Source: Microthyrium microscopicum (Eukaryota). From it: a DNA stretch of 64,000 nt. This document shows positions 51,421 to 64,000 of the stretch, piece by piece; the first letter of the stretch is position 1; every line of letters begins with the position of its first letter. The stretch spans positions 1,809,530-1,873,529 of the forward strand of contig MU004238.1 in assembly GCA_010405405.1 (NCBI GenBank), written 5' to 3'. The notes beneath the pieces were generated by a model. It was not told the DNA's origin. It searched no databases and saw nothing but the letters and a program-made list of their open reading frames with translations. A program made the translations under genes and the position numbers.

Positions 51421-52911
51421 TCACAAGGAGCCCATCATGGCAGCAATTTTCTCGTTGGCCTTTTGGACCTGCTCAAGAAAAGCACAAGCTTCCATAAGCA
51501 TGGCACTTTTACTCTGGCCATTATCACGTAGGCCAGGTACCAGCTGATTTAATTCGTCAAACCCGCTCTTTATTTGCTGACGACGTTTTTGCTCGGAAGC
51601 AATGTGATTTTGTCGTTTTTGCTGTTCTGAAAGGTTTTCTCGCTTGACTGGTCGAGCCCCGGGAGCAGAGGCTCGACGTTGACGTTTTTGGCTGACACTT
51701 GCTTCTGATTCTCGACGAGCGAGTTTGTTGTCCGAGTCGGAAGGTTGCGAGTCGTCTTCTTCGCGTTTTATACTCCGCCGGCGCTTGCGGTCTTGTTGGT
51801 GATCTAGGGACCCTGCAGTACGCTTCTTGGGCATGTGATCTTGTATTGGGTTCTGAGTCTCTGGACCCCGATTGATGGCCTTCATGCGAGTGAGCTCTTC
51901 CGTGAGATAGTGCGCTCGTTTCTCGTGGTTCTCGGAAGGAAAGGTTGGACGAAATCCATAGGGGTCGAAGGCTTGATCAGAGCCAAACTGATAAAGCCGG
52001 GGGTTTGTAATGTCGTCGTGTCCATTGGAAACTGGTGCGGTAAAGGGCCCAAAAGTGCTTAGACCGCCGACGCTCGTGTCAATGCGAGGCACTATGGCTG
52101 AAGATAGTATCGCGTTCTGAGCCTCAGCCTGCATCTTCTGGATTCCCGAAGCATTTGAGATGGCGACCATTGCTTGAGGGGTATGAATGCCTTCCAAGGT
52201 TGTTGGGGTATGCAGCTGATGCTGAGGCGTATGGTCTGGACTAAAAAGATGATGAGATTGGGATGCTTGTGATTGTTGCATAGTATAAGCTGGCATGGTC
52301 GCTCTTGGGTTCGTTGGATGCTGTGAGATTGGATTACCAACCGCTAGCCCATTTTCATGGTTCTGTGGATGAGCCGGTAGATTGCCCATGTCTATTTGAG
52401 GCGAAAGTTGCTGAGAGATGTGTGACGATGTATGAGATGGAATGGTGGCAGTAGTAATATCGTGGACAGTTGGTGGTGCTTGGTCAAGCATCCACATATG
52501 TTCTTCTTGCGCTAATTGATCTAGTTGATTAAAGTCGGAAGATGTGGGCAGCCCTTGCTGTTGCACATAGAAGTTGGTCAGAAAGCTTTCCTCTTGCATG
52601 TTTAGCAAGGACGGTTGATTGTTGGGTGGGAGGTCTGGCGGTGGATGTTGACTGAATTCCTCAGCGAATTCATATCCGAAAGGAGCGGGAACTCGCTCCG
52701 TGTTATGGCCGTTCATGCCTGGGCCTTGTCTGGATTGAGCGTAACCAAATATCTCCAGCCCGCGACGGCGTAACGATTCTACTACAGGCTGGCCTGAAAT
52801 AGCAGTCGAAAGGCCAGTAATGGATATGTTGGCAAGTGGTGAATATTTTGATATTTGCGAAGAAAAATCATCCTCGCTCCCTAGGCTTTGACGGAATAGC
52901 GCGGGTAACAT
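51421..52911 (-). CDS. bHLH transcription factor (Ino2/Ino4-like); true start uncertain (possibly ATG 52716)
   Basis: C-terminal bHLH ENLSEQQKRQNHIASEQKRRQQIKSGFDELNQLVPGL...SKSAMLMEA, with an upstream FGSD..F..YGF motif. Confidence 0.85.
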   Translation of the reverse strand: MLPALFRQSLGSEDDFSSQISKYSPLANISITGLSTAISGQPVVESLRRRGLEIFGYAQSRQGPGMNGHNTERVPAPFGYEFAEEFSQHPPPDLPPNNQPSLLNMQEESFLTNFYVQQQGLPTSSDFNQLDQLAQEEHMWMLDQAPPTVHDITTATIPSHTSSHISQQLSPQIDMGNLPAHPQNHENGLAVGNPISQHPTNPRATMPAYTMQQSQASQSHHLFSPDHTPQHQLHTPTTLEGIHTPQAMVAISNASGIQKMQAEAQNAILSSAIVPRIDTSVGGLSTFGPFTAPVSNGHDDITNPRLYQFGSDQAFDPYGFRPTFPSENHEKRAHYLTEELTRMKAINRGPETQNPIQDHMPKKRTAGSLDHQQDRKRRRSIKREEDDSQPSDSDNKLARRESEASVSQKRQRRASAPGARPVKRENLSEQQKRQNHIASEQKRRQQIKSGFDELNQLVPGLRDNGQSKSAMLMEACAFLEQVQKANEKIAAMMGSL

Positions 52912-55900
52912 GCCACAAGTTGGTGATTAACTGCTACGAAGAAAAACAGTAGTAATTGTGAAACTTTTGTGTACAATTGGGAGGATCGCGAAGGAAGTCG
53001 AGGCTGAGGCTGAAACTGTCAAGGCGATTGATGCGGCGAATGATGGATGCAAGTGGCAAGGTTCTGCTCAAAGCTTGGTTAGAATTCAGCAATATAAGAG
53101 CTATCAGAGGACCCAAGGGCAGTCTACATACTACTAGGATGCAAGATTTTAAAGCTGAGGGTAATATGATCAATCTAGGCAAGAAATCTGAAGTGGATAT
53201 CTGGCGGGGTGGTGGATCTTGGAGAGCTCGACTGGATAATGACTTGCAACAGGCATGTATGTATGTCTGTCTGCGGTGTGTCCAGGCGGATATAAAGAAG
53301 CGCACAGCGTGGTAGAAACACAAGTGCTTGGGCTCAAAGGTAGATAGGCCGTGAAAGAGCGCAAGTATCTGCCTCAGCTTGGAGGCTTGTTTGCAACCAG
53401 CCAGCAGAGCATTGGCAAGTTTGTTTCCAAGGACAGTGCACACAGTTCGTCGGATGAGAGCAGGGCAGACGAAACTCGAGAGCTGAGCGGTAGTGATTCG
53501 ATCCGGCAGGGTGGGAAGGGAAAAGCAAGCGCGAAGGAGCCTGGAGGGGCAGGCTGAAGCAGGGCTGGAGGTGCAAAGGAAGTTATCGGGATGAGGTTCT
53601 GGTGATGTTGAGATGTTGTGGGGGAGAAAGGCGCGATGTGGGTCTTTGGTTGAGGATTTGGTGGTTCGTATGGAGAAAGCGCGGTGGTAGTTGGAAGTCT
53701 GAACGAGCGGGATGACCGTTGAGGTGTAAGGAAAATGATGGAGTACTCTAGCAACCCGTCACATGTGATTGTGGAAAGAGCAACCAGACCAGATGCGCTT
53801 GCCTTTCTTCGTACTCCGTACCTTCCTCACCCAATAAAGTTGGCAGTTGCAACCTTGCTTGGGCTAGATACAGTAAGGAAGTTTGATGCCGATGTCGTTT
53901 GGTGAGACCTGTAAGAGTAACTTTGGGAGTCCAGCTCTTGCTAAAGTCGTAGCCTCGTAGGTATTGGCAGTGGATCTGACTTGCTTTAAATGTCCACCCT
54001 TTCTCAGACTTGAAGGATCAAACTGTTGATAGTTTACGTTGGCCGCCTCGAAGGTACAGGTACCGCAACTAACAAAAAGTGGTCATGGCCCAAAGGTTGC
54101 TGAGTTTGTAAGAGGATGGCTGGTTGAGGATTCAATGGTAGGCAGAACTACCAACAGTAGAGCAGACAGATGAATACGTATATGCCTAGGTAGTACGGTA
54201 CTTGTTATGTATAAACTAGTACTAGAAACCACCTGCATATAGTAAGTATTAAGAAGTAATATTCCACTGACAAAATGATACACTGCGTATAAGGTTTGAC
54301 GCGAGTCCGAAGAGCACCTCCACCACCTACATCGCCAGTCTCTTGACCCACTGCCCCATGACCACCATCTGCTCTGTGAAGCTCACGGCTCAACTAAAGC
54401 ACCATGCAAGCTGTTCTCATCCGCTACCTACCACCGAAATATCCCCCCCCAGTTGCGTCCATTATTGTTATCTTATTACTCTTATGACACTATTCCAATG
54501 ATGAATACCCCACTAGCACAAACATGTCAAACATGACCCAGTCACCAGTATACCAGAAATCGCTCGTCATACACCCGACGCATCTATTGGGAGTAATCCA
54601 ATCCGGCCAGCATGTCCTTGAGCCAGATATCTCCAGACTCCCTGTAAATGATGCCCCCAATCAGCTACCCATCCAGGAATCAGGAATAATTATATCTGCA
54701 ACTTGAACTAGCTTAAACTTTGCTGTTGAGCCTCGTCGTCAAGTTTGCCTTTGCGGCGCTGCGAGTGCGACATTATTGATGGTACAAAATCACGTAGCTT
54801 GCCACGTTTAAAGGTGTTGTAACCTCACCAAAGAGCCTCCTCCCAACTTCCTCTCCTCCTATGGACCATCGCAACTAATTGCGCGCGCCTCCTATTTCCC
54901 ATCTACAACATCACATATAGACCTTCCCAATCCATATCATATCTCAACAACTAAGTGTCAGGTCTATGATCGACCAAACCAATCTTGTCCCGCCTCTAAT
55001 TCGCTCGGATCCTGCCTCGGGTTCTCGTACTTGGGCCTGTTTTCTCCTGCAGCCTCAACTTCTACCTTTCTTCCGGTACGCCCGCAACTTCACGACTCGC
55101 TAGAATCTCATCTATTCTTCCCCGGTTGACTTCCTTTTTCATTTCCTTCTCACATTGCCTATTTCCATTCCCGGCCGACGTTCCACCCATTCTATCGTGA
55201 CCTTTATCTGCCCAGATGTACGTTATTTCCACCCTTGCCATGCTGTCAATTCCCGAGATCCAACAAGTTTAAGCGGGCCCGATACTGTGGTTACAGCCCT
55301 GCGACTTGTTTCTACACAATTGCATCTGGCGCTGATCCCGTTTGCAAGATTCACATTGAGCTGCGGTGCTGCTATGCCATCTACCATTGTCACTATTGTC
55401 TCCAAATCTTTCCCGTAAGCCTCCATATCGTTGAAGAGCTCCAGGGCTGGCGTACGGCCGAAGGACCTCCCTTGTATGTTCCTATTGATCTGAGCTCATG
55501 GTCATTGCTGCTATATGACGCCTGTTAAGATCGTTCCTGTTAGCAATCACCACCAGATCAGGTCAAACTGGAAGAAGATGGTCCTCAGCAGGTCAAACTC
55601 ATCCGCTTTCACCCATAATGTCCAATACAGCCTGAGCGTTCCTGGTCCATATGGCGCGTTCCCTATTTTGATGTACTATTACACTTTTTGTTCTTCAACT
55701 GACGAGTGAACACAGTTTGAATGCACTCCTCAAATAATTGTTGTGGAAGAAAATGGGCTTTCAGCTATTTTATTGATGCCAGCGTCAATATACCTCGACA
55801 CCACAGGTAGCATCTCAGACTTGACTCTTCTTCATTGACAGACATCTCATCTGCCAATACTTGGAGTAAAGAAGTCTAAGCCCTTGACTTTTTGTGCGCT

Positions 55901-56198
55901 TCTATCCCAAGGAACGGACGCCGAGCCCCAATCGCCCGGCCCAAAGGCACCTCATAATATCATCATTCCCGAGCAGGCATTTCCTGACCCTTGAACCATC
56001 CCGCTCGCGTGTCTTTCATCAAACGTCATCCGCTCCAATTTTACTGTACCTTTGGTCCCCAGGCGCACTGTAAAGGGTAAACCCCGTCGCGAACGAGTCA
56101 AGACTGGGCTTTCCAGAAAATCAACACACCTCCCACACCACGGCTTGTATATCCCTGTTGCATCGTGGTACTCTTGCCGATGCATCTTTCCTCAACCC

Positions 56199-58195
56199 AT
56201 GGCGCTTAAATCTCCTTCTAGCCGAGACGGCAGACTACTCAATCCGTAAGTTCAATTTTACTTGTCATTCCACTAGCTCGTTTGACCCAACGTTTCTCGC
56301 ATTCGCAACCGTCAAGGGTTGGCCACATGGCTTTGAACACTCTCTGGGTTTTGACGTGCATCTAACCTCACCATTCTAGGGCCGCTAAAGCGTTTCTCTT
56401 GGCATATATATCTACAACTGGTCCAAGAACTCTATCTCTATTGATCAAGATCATACGTCAAGGCAGATTGTCTGTAGATATCAAAGAAAAGGTAAGCAAC
56501 GCGAGCTTGCTATAGCCTCACTATCCCGGCACATCTCCCGACCACATTTTGGCGTAATAGCATCATATCGTGAAAGTATTCTTGTACAAATGGTATAGTA
56601 CGGGTGACTATTACAACCAATAGTTTTACAGGTTTCACAGTCGGGCATCGGGCCGCCTAGTACTTTCGCACGTACCTGAGGCCCTTTTCCCCCTCATGTT
56701 TCATCGACCCATATGCTATCATGTCTTGTTTTCTTTAACAACAATACTGTGAAGCAATATCTGTTGTTCTTACTGACAATCCATAGTTAAGCAAGACTTT
56801 ACTAGATGGCCTTGATCCATATCGACTACCAACCTTCGCTGCGGTCGTAGTTGGCGGCTCCAAGGGACTTCAATTGCCCATATATCAGATTCTGAAAACA
56901 ATTGCTTCTAGAATCAACTTGTTTTCCAAACCATCAAGTCCAGCTCAGATATTGGCTCTTGCACGTTTCTTAGCAGCCTTGGTATCATCATGGTTCGCCT
57001 TTACTCTGCTCAACAAACCCAAGGACCAATCCACCGCCTCAAGCATACAAACAACACAGAAAACACCAAATCCGCCCCCTCCAGTCTCAGACAAACCATC
57101 ACGAATCCCGGATGGCATCCCAAAACTCAACGTGGACATTGAGTCCATGCCATCGCAATTCTCCGCCCAAGGCATCCCGCTAGCCGGCCGAACCCTCGAT
57201 CTCACCCTCTTTGCCGCCGTCCGCGCCATCGACGCCGTTTTCCAACTAACACCACCACCCAAAAATGACCGTCTCAAAAAACTCTCGGCCGCTTTCGGCC
57301 GAGTCTCCAGCCCTGCAATCTTCAGCCTCTCCTGCGCGTTCATCATGCACGCATTCTTCTATGCCCCACGTGCGCTCCCACTAACCTACAACGCCTGGAT
57401 CCAACGCATCGCCAACGTAGACGAACGAATCGTCCAAGCACTCCGCCAAGCGCGCTTTGGCAACTTTGTGTATGGCAAAGAAACTGGCATTGGTCCACTA
57501 GTCGGATCCATGTGTCGCGATTACGGGTGGCCGGAAAAATGGGGTAATCCGGCAGTCACTGTACCGCTCCCGTGTGAAGTCGTGCATCAGGGAGCTGGGC
57601 CGAGCTGTGAGGTACATGCATTGAGCCGCTTAGCGCGCAGTTTTGTCGCGGCGTTGGGCGTGTATGCGCCGCTTCAGGCTGTTATTTTACTGCGTCGTTT
57701 ATCGCGGGTTGGCGTGGATAAAAGCGCAGCTGTACGTCGCGCGCTCCTAGATTCTGTGCGTGCGGCATCGTTTCTGGGATCATTTGTAGCACTCTTCTAC
57801 TACGGCGTTTGTCTAGCACGCACACGCCTCGGGCCTCCACTGTTAGGAAAGTGGGTAACGCCGCAGATGTGGGATTCGGGTTTATGTGTGCTGGGCGGGT
57901 GCTGTGCGTGCGGCTTCTCAATCAATCTTGAGGCTGCTAAGCGGCAGACTGAGCTTATGCTGTTTGTGGCGCCGCGGGCACTGGGGATTTTCTTTCCGAG
58001 GCGGTATGATCGCAAGGTATGTTTACTCACTGTATGTTTTTTTACTCTGATTTGGCTAACACGCATGTGTAGGAGCTGTGGAAGGAACAGGCCGTCTTTG
58101 CGCTTAGTACAGCTGCTGTTCTTACCGCAGTGCAGACACGGCCTTCTGCAGTACGAGGAGTCTTTGGTGGTGTTTTGGCAGGCGTTTTGACATGA
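56199..58195 (+). CDS. TMEM135/PXMP4-like integral membrane protein
   Basis: AGRTLDLTLFAAVRA, IMHAFFYAPRALP..YN.WI, PLPCEVVH...PSCE.H, SFLGSFVALFYYGVCL.R and ELMLFVAPRAL. 5' exons inferred from splice signals. Confidence 0.75.
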
Positions 58196-59885
58196 TGTGA
58201 CGCCGCTGTGACGGGGCTGAGATTAGATCATGTTGCATATAGACCCACCGGTTTTACATGATGGACCATGTTGTAATACTACATACGACGAAGCTAGCGC
58301 TGTCGAACTTGTAGACCAGTAGAACGAACATTTAGACAAGTAGAATTACAAAGAACTTGAACGAATATTCGAAACTGATTTCAGCCTCATAGGTCGATCA
58401 TACGCATATAGAGCTGCCAAGGTCAACTAGAGATCTAGCCAGCCAAGAACTTGAAAACTTCTAGAATGTTCCTCAATGCCTTCTGAATCAATTCAATATG
58501 CGAAACAGCTAAGAGGTGATACCGGCCAGCTAAGATGTGGAAGAAACGTTTCGTTCAAACGTCAGTGAGCAATCAGTGCTCAACGTCATACTCGGAGACA
58601 TATAGCCGTCAGGTATCTGATACCGCCACAGATATTATGGAAACAATGTAGATCTACGAACCATAGATGGGCGAAACATATCTCGAGATGGCGGTGAGAT
58701 GTGTTTCTTTGTTTGTGATACTAGACAGGGTCGAAACTTAATCGATCGGCCGTTATTGGTGTTGTACCTCCACCTTTCATTTCGTGGAGGATGAAGTGAA
58801 GTTGGAGTTAGTGTTTGGTTGGTCCCGAATATCATAATCAAGGACCACAAATTCTGAAGTTATGGACTGAACAAGCCTATCTACTAGACTACCAACAACA
58901 TGAGGTCAGTGATTAGACACCATTGGACCCAACCAGATATAAATCTAACTTGCTCAATCCGACCTGCGAGACTGGTCGTTGGACAATCTAGCTTATCCGT
59001 CTTCCACATTTTCACGCTGTTGTATGGTTGAACATTCTATTTATAACTAATAGTTTCTAGGTAGCCACGATTTCTTCGCCACAGCATGGTCGGCTAGCAA
59101 TACCTTCCTCTCGCCCGTTACTCAGATATGGCTGGCCGTACCCCAGTGTTCCCCGCACATCTCAGTTGGATTTCAATAGACTAGAGTACCAGAGCGCATG
59201 AGGTTGGAAGAGCCTCTTTGTTGGTCCTGTATTTCACTACTCCAGGACTTATTGGGCGCGATTGAAACGCTTATGCAGGGCAGCTGGTTCTGTCTTTGTA
59301 GGGCTGTGTTGTTGGTACGCCAGACGTTAGTTGCGTTTGTCTTTTGAGGATTTGAAGCTTGTTGAAGTTACCTATTGAGGTTACTATGATGTCGTTGTGG
59401 GATTTGATAAGATTGATGGAAATAGATTGAGGATTGAGAGGGGTAGCAAAGTCAATATTTGTATATCAAAGACATGATATTACTTGATAGAGAAACCTTA
59501 AGTTCACAAAATGATGGTCTTTAATCCAAAGTGAAGAAGCTGATTGATTCTTGTAGCTGTAAGCAGATCGTCGTTATATTCGTAATTATTTCCCAGTCCA
59601 GCTTGGCGATACATATAACATTACAACTAAGGTATCGTTAAGTCTGCAATTCCTCCTCTCTCTCTCCAGAGGCTTCCTGCTCTCCTCAAGCTGAGCTCAA
59701 TTTGGCGATCTGGTCACCAAACTTTTTAGTCTCACCCAAACGCCAATCTCGTTTAGTTCACCCAGACATAGCGACATCATTTCGAGATACAATCTCTGCG
59801 ATATCGGTGACTCAACCTTGGAAGTCCAGGTTCCAATGGACAATGTATTGTTACGCCGGTTCCTTGACTCCCTGACATTTTCCAC

Positions 59886-60219
59886 TCATGAACCCTCAAG
59901 TACACGTCTGGTGGTAATGCCTATAAACACCAACACCGTCGTACCAACAGTCATAGACACTAGGCCAAGGAATGCCGAGCAGGCAGTCACTCTCTGCTCG
60001 CCTTGTTCAGCTCCAGGCCGCGAATCCCAGAAATTGTCGAAGAGTGATCCCGAAGATTGTCTGTAGATTTGCTGTTCGATATCTTGGTCAAGAGAACCGC
60101 GGATTGGTTTTTCGAGTTGTTCGACTTGTATTTGGACTTTTTCTGATGCTATTGGGGATTCCTATATGACAATTAGTTATGCTTTTGATAATCACGCAAA
60201 TATTCAAGAAACGAACCAT
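59886..60219 (-). CDS. Predicted 92-aa tail-anchored microprotein with ATG-only first coding exon
   Basis: ATG (60219-60217), then a 55-nt intron GTTCGT..CTAAT..TAG (60216-60162), then exon 60161-59886: MESPIASEKVQIQVEQLEKPIRGSLDQDIEQQ...ACSAFLGLVSMTVGTTVLVFIGITTRRVLEGS*. Confidence 0.6.
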
Positions 60220-61054
60220 GATTAAGTTTATGATATAGGTATTATTGCGGAAACGGAGAGTATTCTGGGAACGAGAAAGAACAGTTGGGGTTGAATGAAC
60301 AACATATAAACGCTGATACTTGTCTCCCTGATTTACGTTGATAGTATCTTGTTCAAAGTATGAGGCACGGTATGCGGCGGAACCGGCATTGTCTCGAACA
60401 TCTGCTGTCGCTTATTGTCGCTCATAGTTTCATGTCATTGGTCGAAAGTTGACAGGGCCTGATGTTCAGTACAGCGTTTGTAGTGTTTACTACTGCAAAC
60501 TCACAGAAGTACAGAAGGAAACCCTACTTTTTGAACCAAGAAGAAAATTGAATATGACAACCCCGGTGGCTTTCAAGTGTATATCATGTAAGTACTTACT
60601 GTGTTCTGTTCGAGGATGTTTTGTTTGATAGGTGTTGTTGAAGTTGAAATTTTACCTTACGAATAAAAACATACAAGAACTTATCAAAAGCTAGGTATCT
60701 GACTGTCGAACCAACATATAATTTGATTTAATTGCAAGGTAAGCAACCGTATTTCTATATGGCGAATCTAGAGAGGTCGTAGTCTGATCTAGCCAATCCG
60801 AGCTAGTCAGCAGAGATAAGCAAGGTACCTCCTACCTGTTATCACCAGGAGGATCCAGACTCCAAGACCTAGACTCGACATCGACCTGGCCAGCTTTGTG
60901 ATAGATACTAGCATCGACTCTCTTCTCTTAAGTCTTTATTTGTATCGAGCATGTACCAGAATCAGCTTGCAATTTGATGCAGCAGGATGCTTACCGCAAC
61001 GCGTGACTGACTACGGTGGCTTGCCCGAACCTATAAGGGATCGATGACCAAAAC

Positions 61055-62920
61055 ATGCCTCGAAAGAGTACAGGGTGTTGGACATGCAAGGCTCGGAAAA
61101 AGCGTTGCGATGATGTTAGACCAACATGCTCCTCTTGCGCTCTACGATCCATCAAGTGCTATGGCTACGACAAGAAACCAGAGTGGATGGATGGCGGCCC
61201 CCTGGAAAAGGAGATGATGCTTGCCATCAAAATGCGGACCAAAGAAAGCTACAGACAACGCCGGACTAAAAGGCCTCAAGCAAGGTCGGATTTCTCTTCT
61301 CAGGACATGTCAACGACGTCGCCATCACCGTTGACTCCAGCGGCTTTGTATTCACCGCCTTTGCCTTGGAGTCCTGCTGAGAGCTCGATGAATGCAAGCC
61401 ATGTGACAAGTGGATCTCATTTGAGAGGGATACAATCCACGATACCTCAAAGAATGTTTTCTTACGACAAAGATGGGAGACGATCAATCAGCAGTACCGA
61501 TAATTATGACGAAAAATCTCGACGAGATATGGGCACTCCGCAGTCCACCACCACTGCTACCTCGGAGAGCTGGTTTCCATATAGCGAGCAGGAGCTCAAT
61601 ATGGTCATGTATTACTTGGACCATATCTTCCCTAGAATATACCCCTTCTTCAAGTATTCGGCTGCAGATAACGGCAGAGGCTGGCTATTGAACCTCCTTT
61701 TGCGGACCAGACCAATCTGTGCAGCCGCGATTTGTCTGAGCGCATGCGACCAAAAACAATTCGTAGTTGGGGCTCTCTCGGATGCTCCACAGAATGATGA
61801 CCTTGAAATTAGGCATATTGAGATTGTCGCAGACCTGCGTGATCATCTTGGTCGACTATCAGAAAAAACGGGAGCTCACAGAATGGCCGCGGCCGTTGAG
61901 GCACTTGCTTGTATAATGCATTTAATTCTCTTTGAGGTATGTCAACCCGATTGTTTCAGAGTTAGATGCTAGACAGCTGACTGCTTGCAGCTTTGGATTC
62001 CACGAAAAGGCATCATGAACGACTGGGTCATGCATCTCGAAGCTGCAAGTGCTCTATTATCCTCAGTGGCGCTTCCTGAATCAGAAAGGATGATCACGGA
62101 CTCACCTGCTTCCGTTAATTCTGAAGTAGCAGAAAATGAAATTGCTCGGAGCTTCCCTATCCACCTTCTTTCCGAAGGAGACAAGTCAGCTTTTGAATAC
62201 TACTTGAGTCTTTACACCTGGACTTTCATCACTTCAACCGTTAGCCTAGGATTAATGCCAAATTCTGAACAGGCGGTAGCGCGAATCAAATCAATCTTTC
62301 ACAAAGATCAATCCAAACTGAGGGGAGTATTAGGATGCGAGGATTGGATTATGACGACACTTTTAGATATTGCTGTGCTGAAAGACTGGAAGCAGAAGAT
62401 GCAGAGTGCTGGTACTCTGAGTCTGAGAGAACTCTCTCGAAGAGCAGATATTCTTGATGAGAGGCTCGGTGACGGCATCCGCGCCATGGCCGCCACAGAA
62501 TCCAATGCCAGAACTTTCAATGAGAAGCAGCAACGAATAATTAACAATACAATGATCCACGGCTCGTTGCTCTTTCTTAGCGCCGTCACATCTGGCTTTT
62601 TCCCAAATCTTCCCGAGATCAGGCAAGGCGTCGCAAATACCTTGGAAGCTTTAGAGTACATGCGAGAAAACTCGTCTATCAACATCCCGTCCTGGCCATA
62701 CTGCGTAGCCGGTTGTTTAGCACAAGAATCACAATACTCTAGGATCAGAGCGCTGCTGCCACCGCCCAGGAAAGACACTCACCCTTTGGTCTTAACAAGG
62801 TGGACTTTGGATATAATTGAAGAGTGTTGGAGAGTAAGAGCATCACAAGCCGACGGAATGGAAACCTGCGATTGGGTTACAGCAATGGGTCGTCTGGGTA
62901 CTAGATTATTGCTAGCCTAA
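61055..62920 (+). CDS. Zn(II)2Cys6 transcription factor with Fungal_trans_2-type domain (Pro1-like)
   Basis: GCWTCKARKKRCDDVRPTCSSCALRSIKCYGY..KPEWMDGG, YYLDHIFP..YPF...GRGWLL, LGCEDW and WPYCVAGCLA. One intron at about 61937-61990. Confidence 0.92.
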
Positions 62921-62948
62921 GTTCTAACGATGAGGAACAAATAGTGTC

Positions 62949-64000
62949 TCATTTAGATGCTAAAGCACTTTCAAACAGTTCTGCCAACGCGATCATCTTC
63001 TCTTCCTGAAGTCTACGCCCGACTAGCTGGACTGCAACTGGGGTGCCATTTGATGCCTCAGGATCATCTGCAGATTGATTAGCCATATTCCTCACAGCAG
63101 AATTGTAACGTACATTCTTCCCAAACAATCCTATCGCTATCGTTCAGAGGCGTGTATTCCGTCTCAAACTTGTCGATGGTCGAGTCCGTCGTGGTCACTG
63201 GCACAACTACAGCAGTATAGTCAAGAGTATTGACCCAAGGGGTATACGCTATATTCGTGTCAGCATGAACTGCTCAGGTCAAAGATAAATGACTCAATAA
63301 CACACCAACGATGGCAGATTTGCCGAACTCAAGAGCAGGGAATGGAGCGACGGGTGCCAAAATAGCATCTACGGGCTTTCCTGTCTTCGTCAAGGCCGAT
63401 GTGCTGTTCCAATAATCCATGTATTCCTTTCGGTATGCTGCCACATCAAGGTTGATTCTGTGAAGAGCATCGACAGTCTTGGCGGGAACAGCCTTCTTGC
63501 CATAGAATTCCTCAATTCTGGGCTGAAGCGTCTCTCCAGACAAGCCAATATGGTGATGAATGTCTATTCCGCCATCAGAAGTGAACGCTTCGAACTGGAT
63601 CGAATTAGCAAACATCTTTCGCTATATGTTTCCCATCTTACGGCAAGTTTATATGCTCTGGCATGAGATGGTGGATTCCATTCAATTATTTCGTGGCCCA
63701 TTTCAAGAATCAAAGCCTTCATCTTCTCCATTGCTCTCTTGACTGGCGGCAACGGATTAACGTCGCCATCTGAGGAGTATAGACCAAAGGTGAGCTTTTG
63801 GTCTGTTGATAGCTTCGCAAGTTCTTCCCGCCATGGCATTTCAACTACGGCAGGGTCATGAAGCCATGGCTCTTGGGTCAATGCAGCTTGCATCATCAAC
63901 TTGATGCTTCTAGCGGTAGGAGCTAGAGGCCCACAAACAGAGGGTATTGTGTTCTGGCCAGGCATACTGTTGGCGGCGCCCACATACGGCAAGCGACCGA
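62949..64000 (-). CDS. Amidase-signature family enzyme (acetamidase-like), 5' end outside window
   Basis: GRLPYVGAANSMPGQNTIPSVCGPLA, EPWLHDPAVVEMPW, YTPWVNTLDYTAVVVPVT and GTPVAVQLVGRRLQEEK. Confidence 0.9.

Noticed and set aside
55150..55735. Cys-rich short ORF and several intron-like signals
   Set aside because: I could not assemble one convincing ATG-to-stop model or recognise a domain; it may be UTR or lncRNA and needs RNA-seq.
58210..58320. TPP-riboswitch-like fragments (GCTGAGATT...GAACTTG)
   Set aside because: The GATCTGGATAATACCAGCG core and correct spacing are missing, and there is no thiamine gene context.
61055..62920. Zn2Cys6 TF as regulator of the RiPP locus
   Set aside because: It lies about 35 kb away, separated by housekeeping genes, with no supporting evidence.

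Overview
Gene-dense, intron-containing DNA from a filamentous ascomycete (Pezizomycotina). Evidence: short GT..CTRAC..YAG introns and Zn2Cys6, DUF3328 and PtaB-like genes; the species cannot be determined from the sequence. Most of the window is housekeeping: RRP5 3' end, PLP aminotransferase, eIF5B, ATP synthase g, CTNNBL1, F-box/TPR, GH63, NFU1, GFA, ALDH, amino-acid permease, PtaB/Adn1, V-ATPase B, bHLH, TMEM135-like, Zn2Cys6 TF and an amidase. The standout is a candidate fungal RiPP (dikaritin-like) locus at about 19.3-26.4 kb. It has an MFS transporter, two UstYa/DUF3328 oxidases (each with two HxxHC motifs) and a divergently transcribed three-exon gene for a secreted repeat precursor (25659-26423) that the ORF track misses. 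The precursor carries four identical 21-aa units DPHHAAAKGAKKGKGAKHAAR plus two variant units, separated by acidic (S/N)VEVEAR spacers. The core is Lys/His/Ala/Gly-rich, has no Tyr/Phe/Trp, and is bounded by single Arg rather than KR, unlike the characterised dikaritins I know. Also noted: two spliced ~92-aa microproteins, two probable pseudogenes, a bacterial-type coniferyl aldehyde dehydrogenase and a weak structured-ncRNA candidate. Family calls come from motif recognition by eye; no database searches were run, and exon boundaries are manual predictions.
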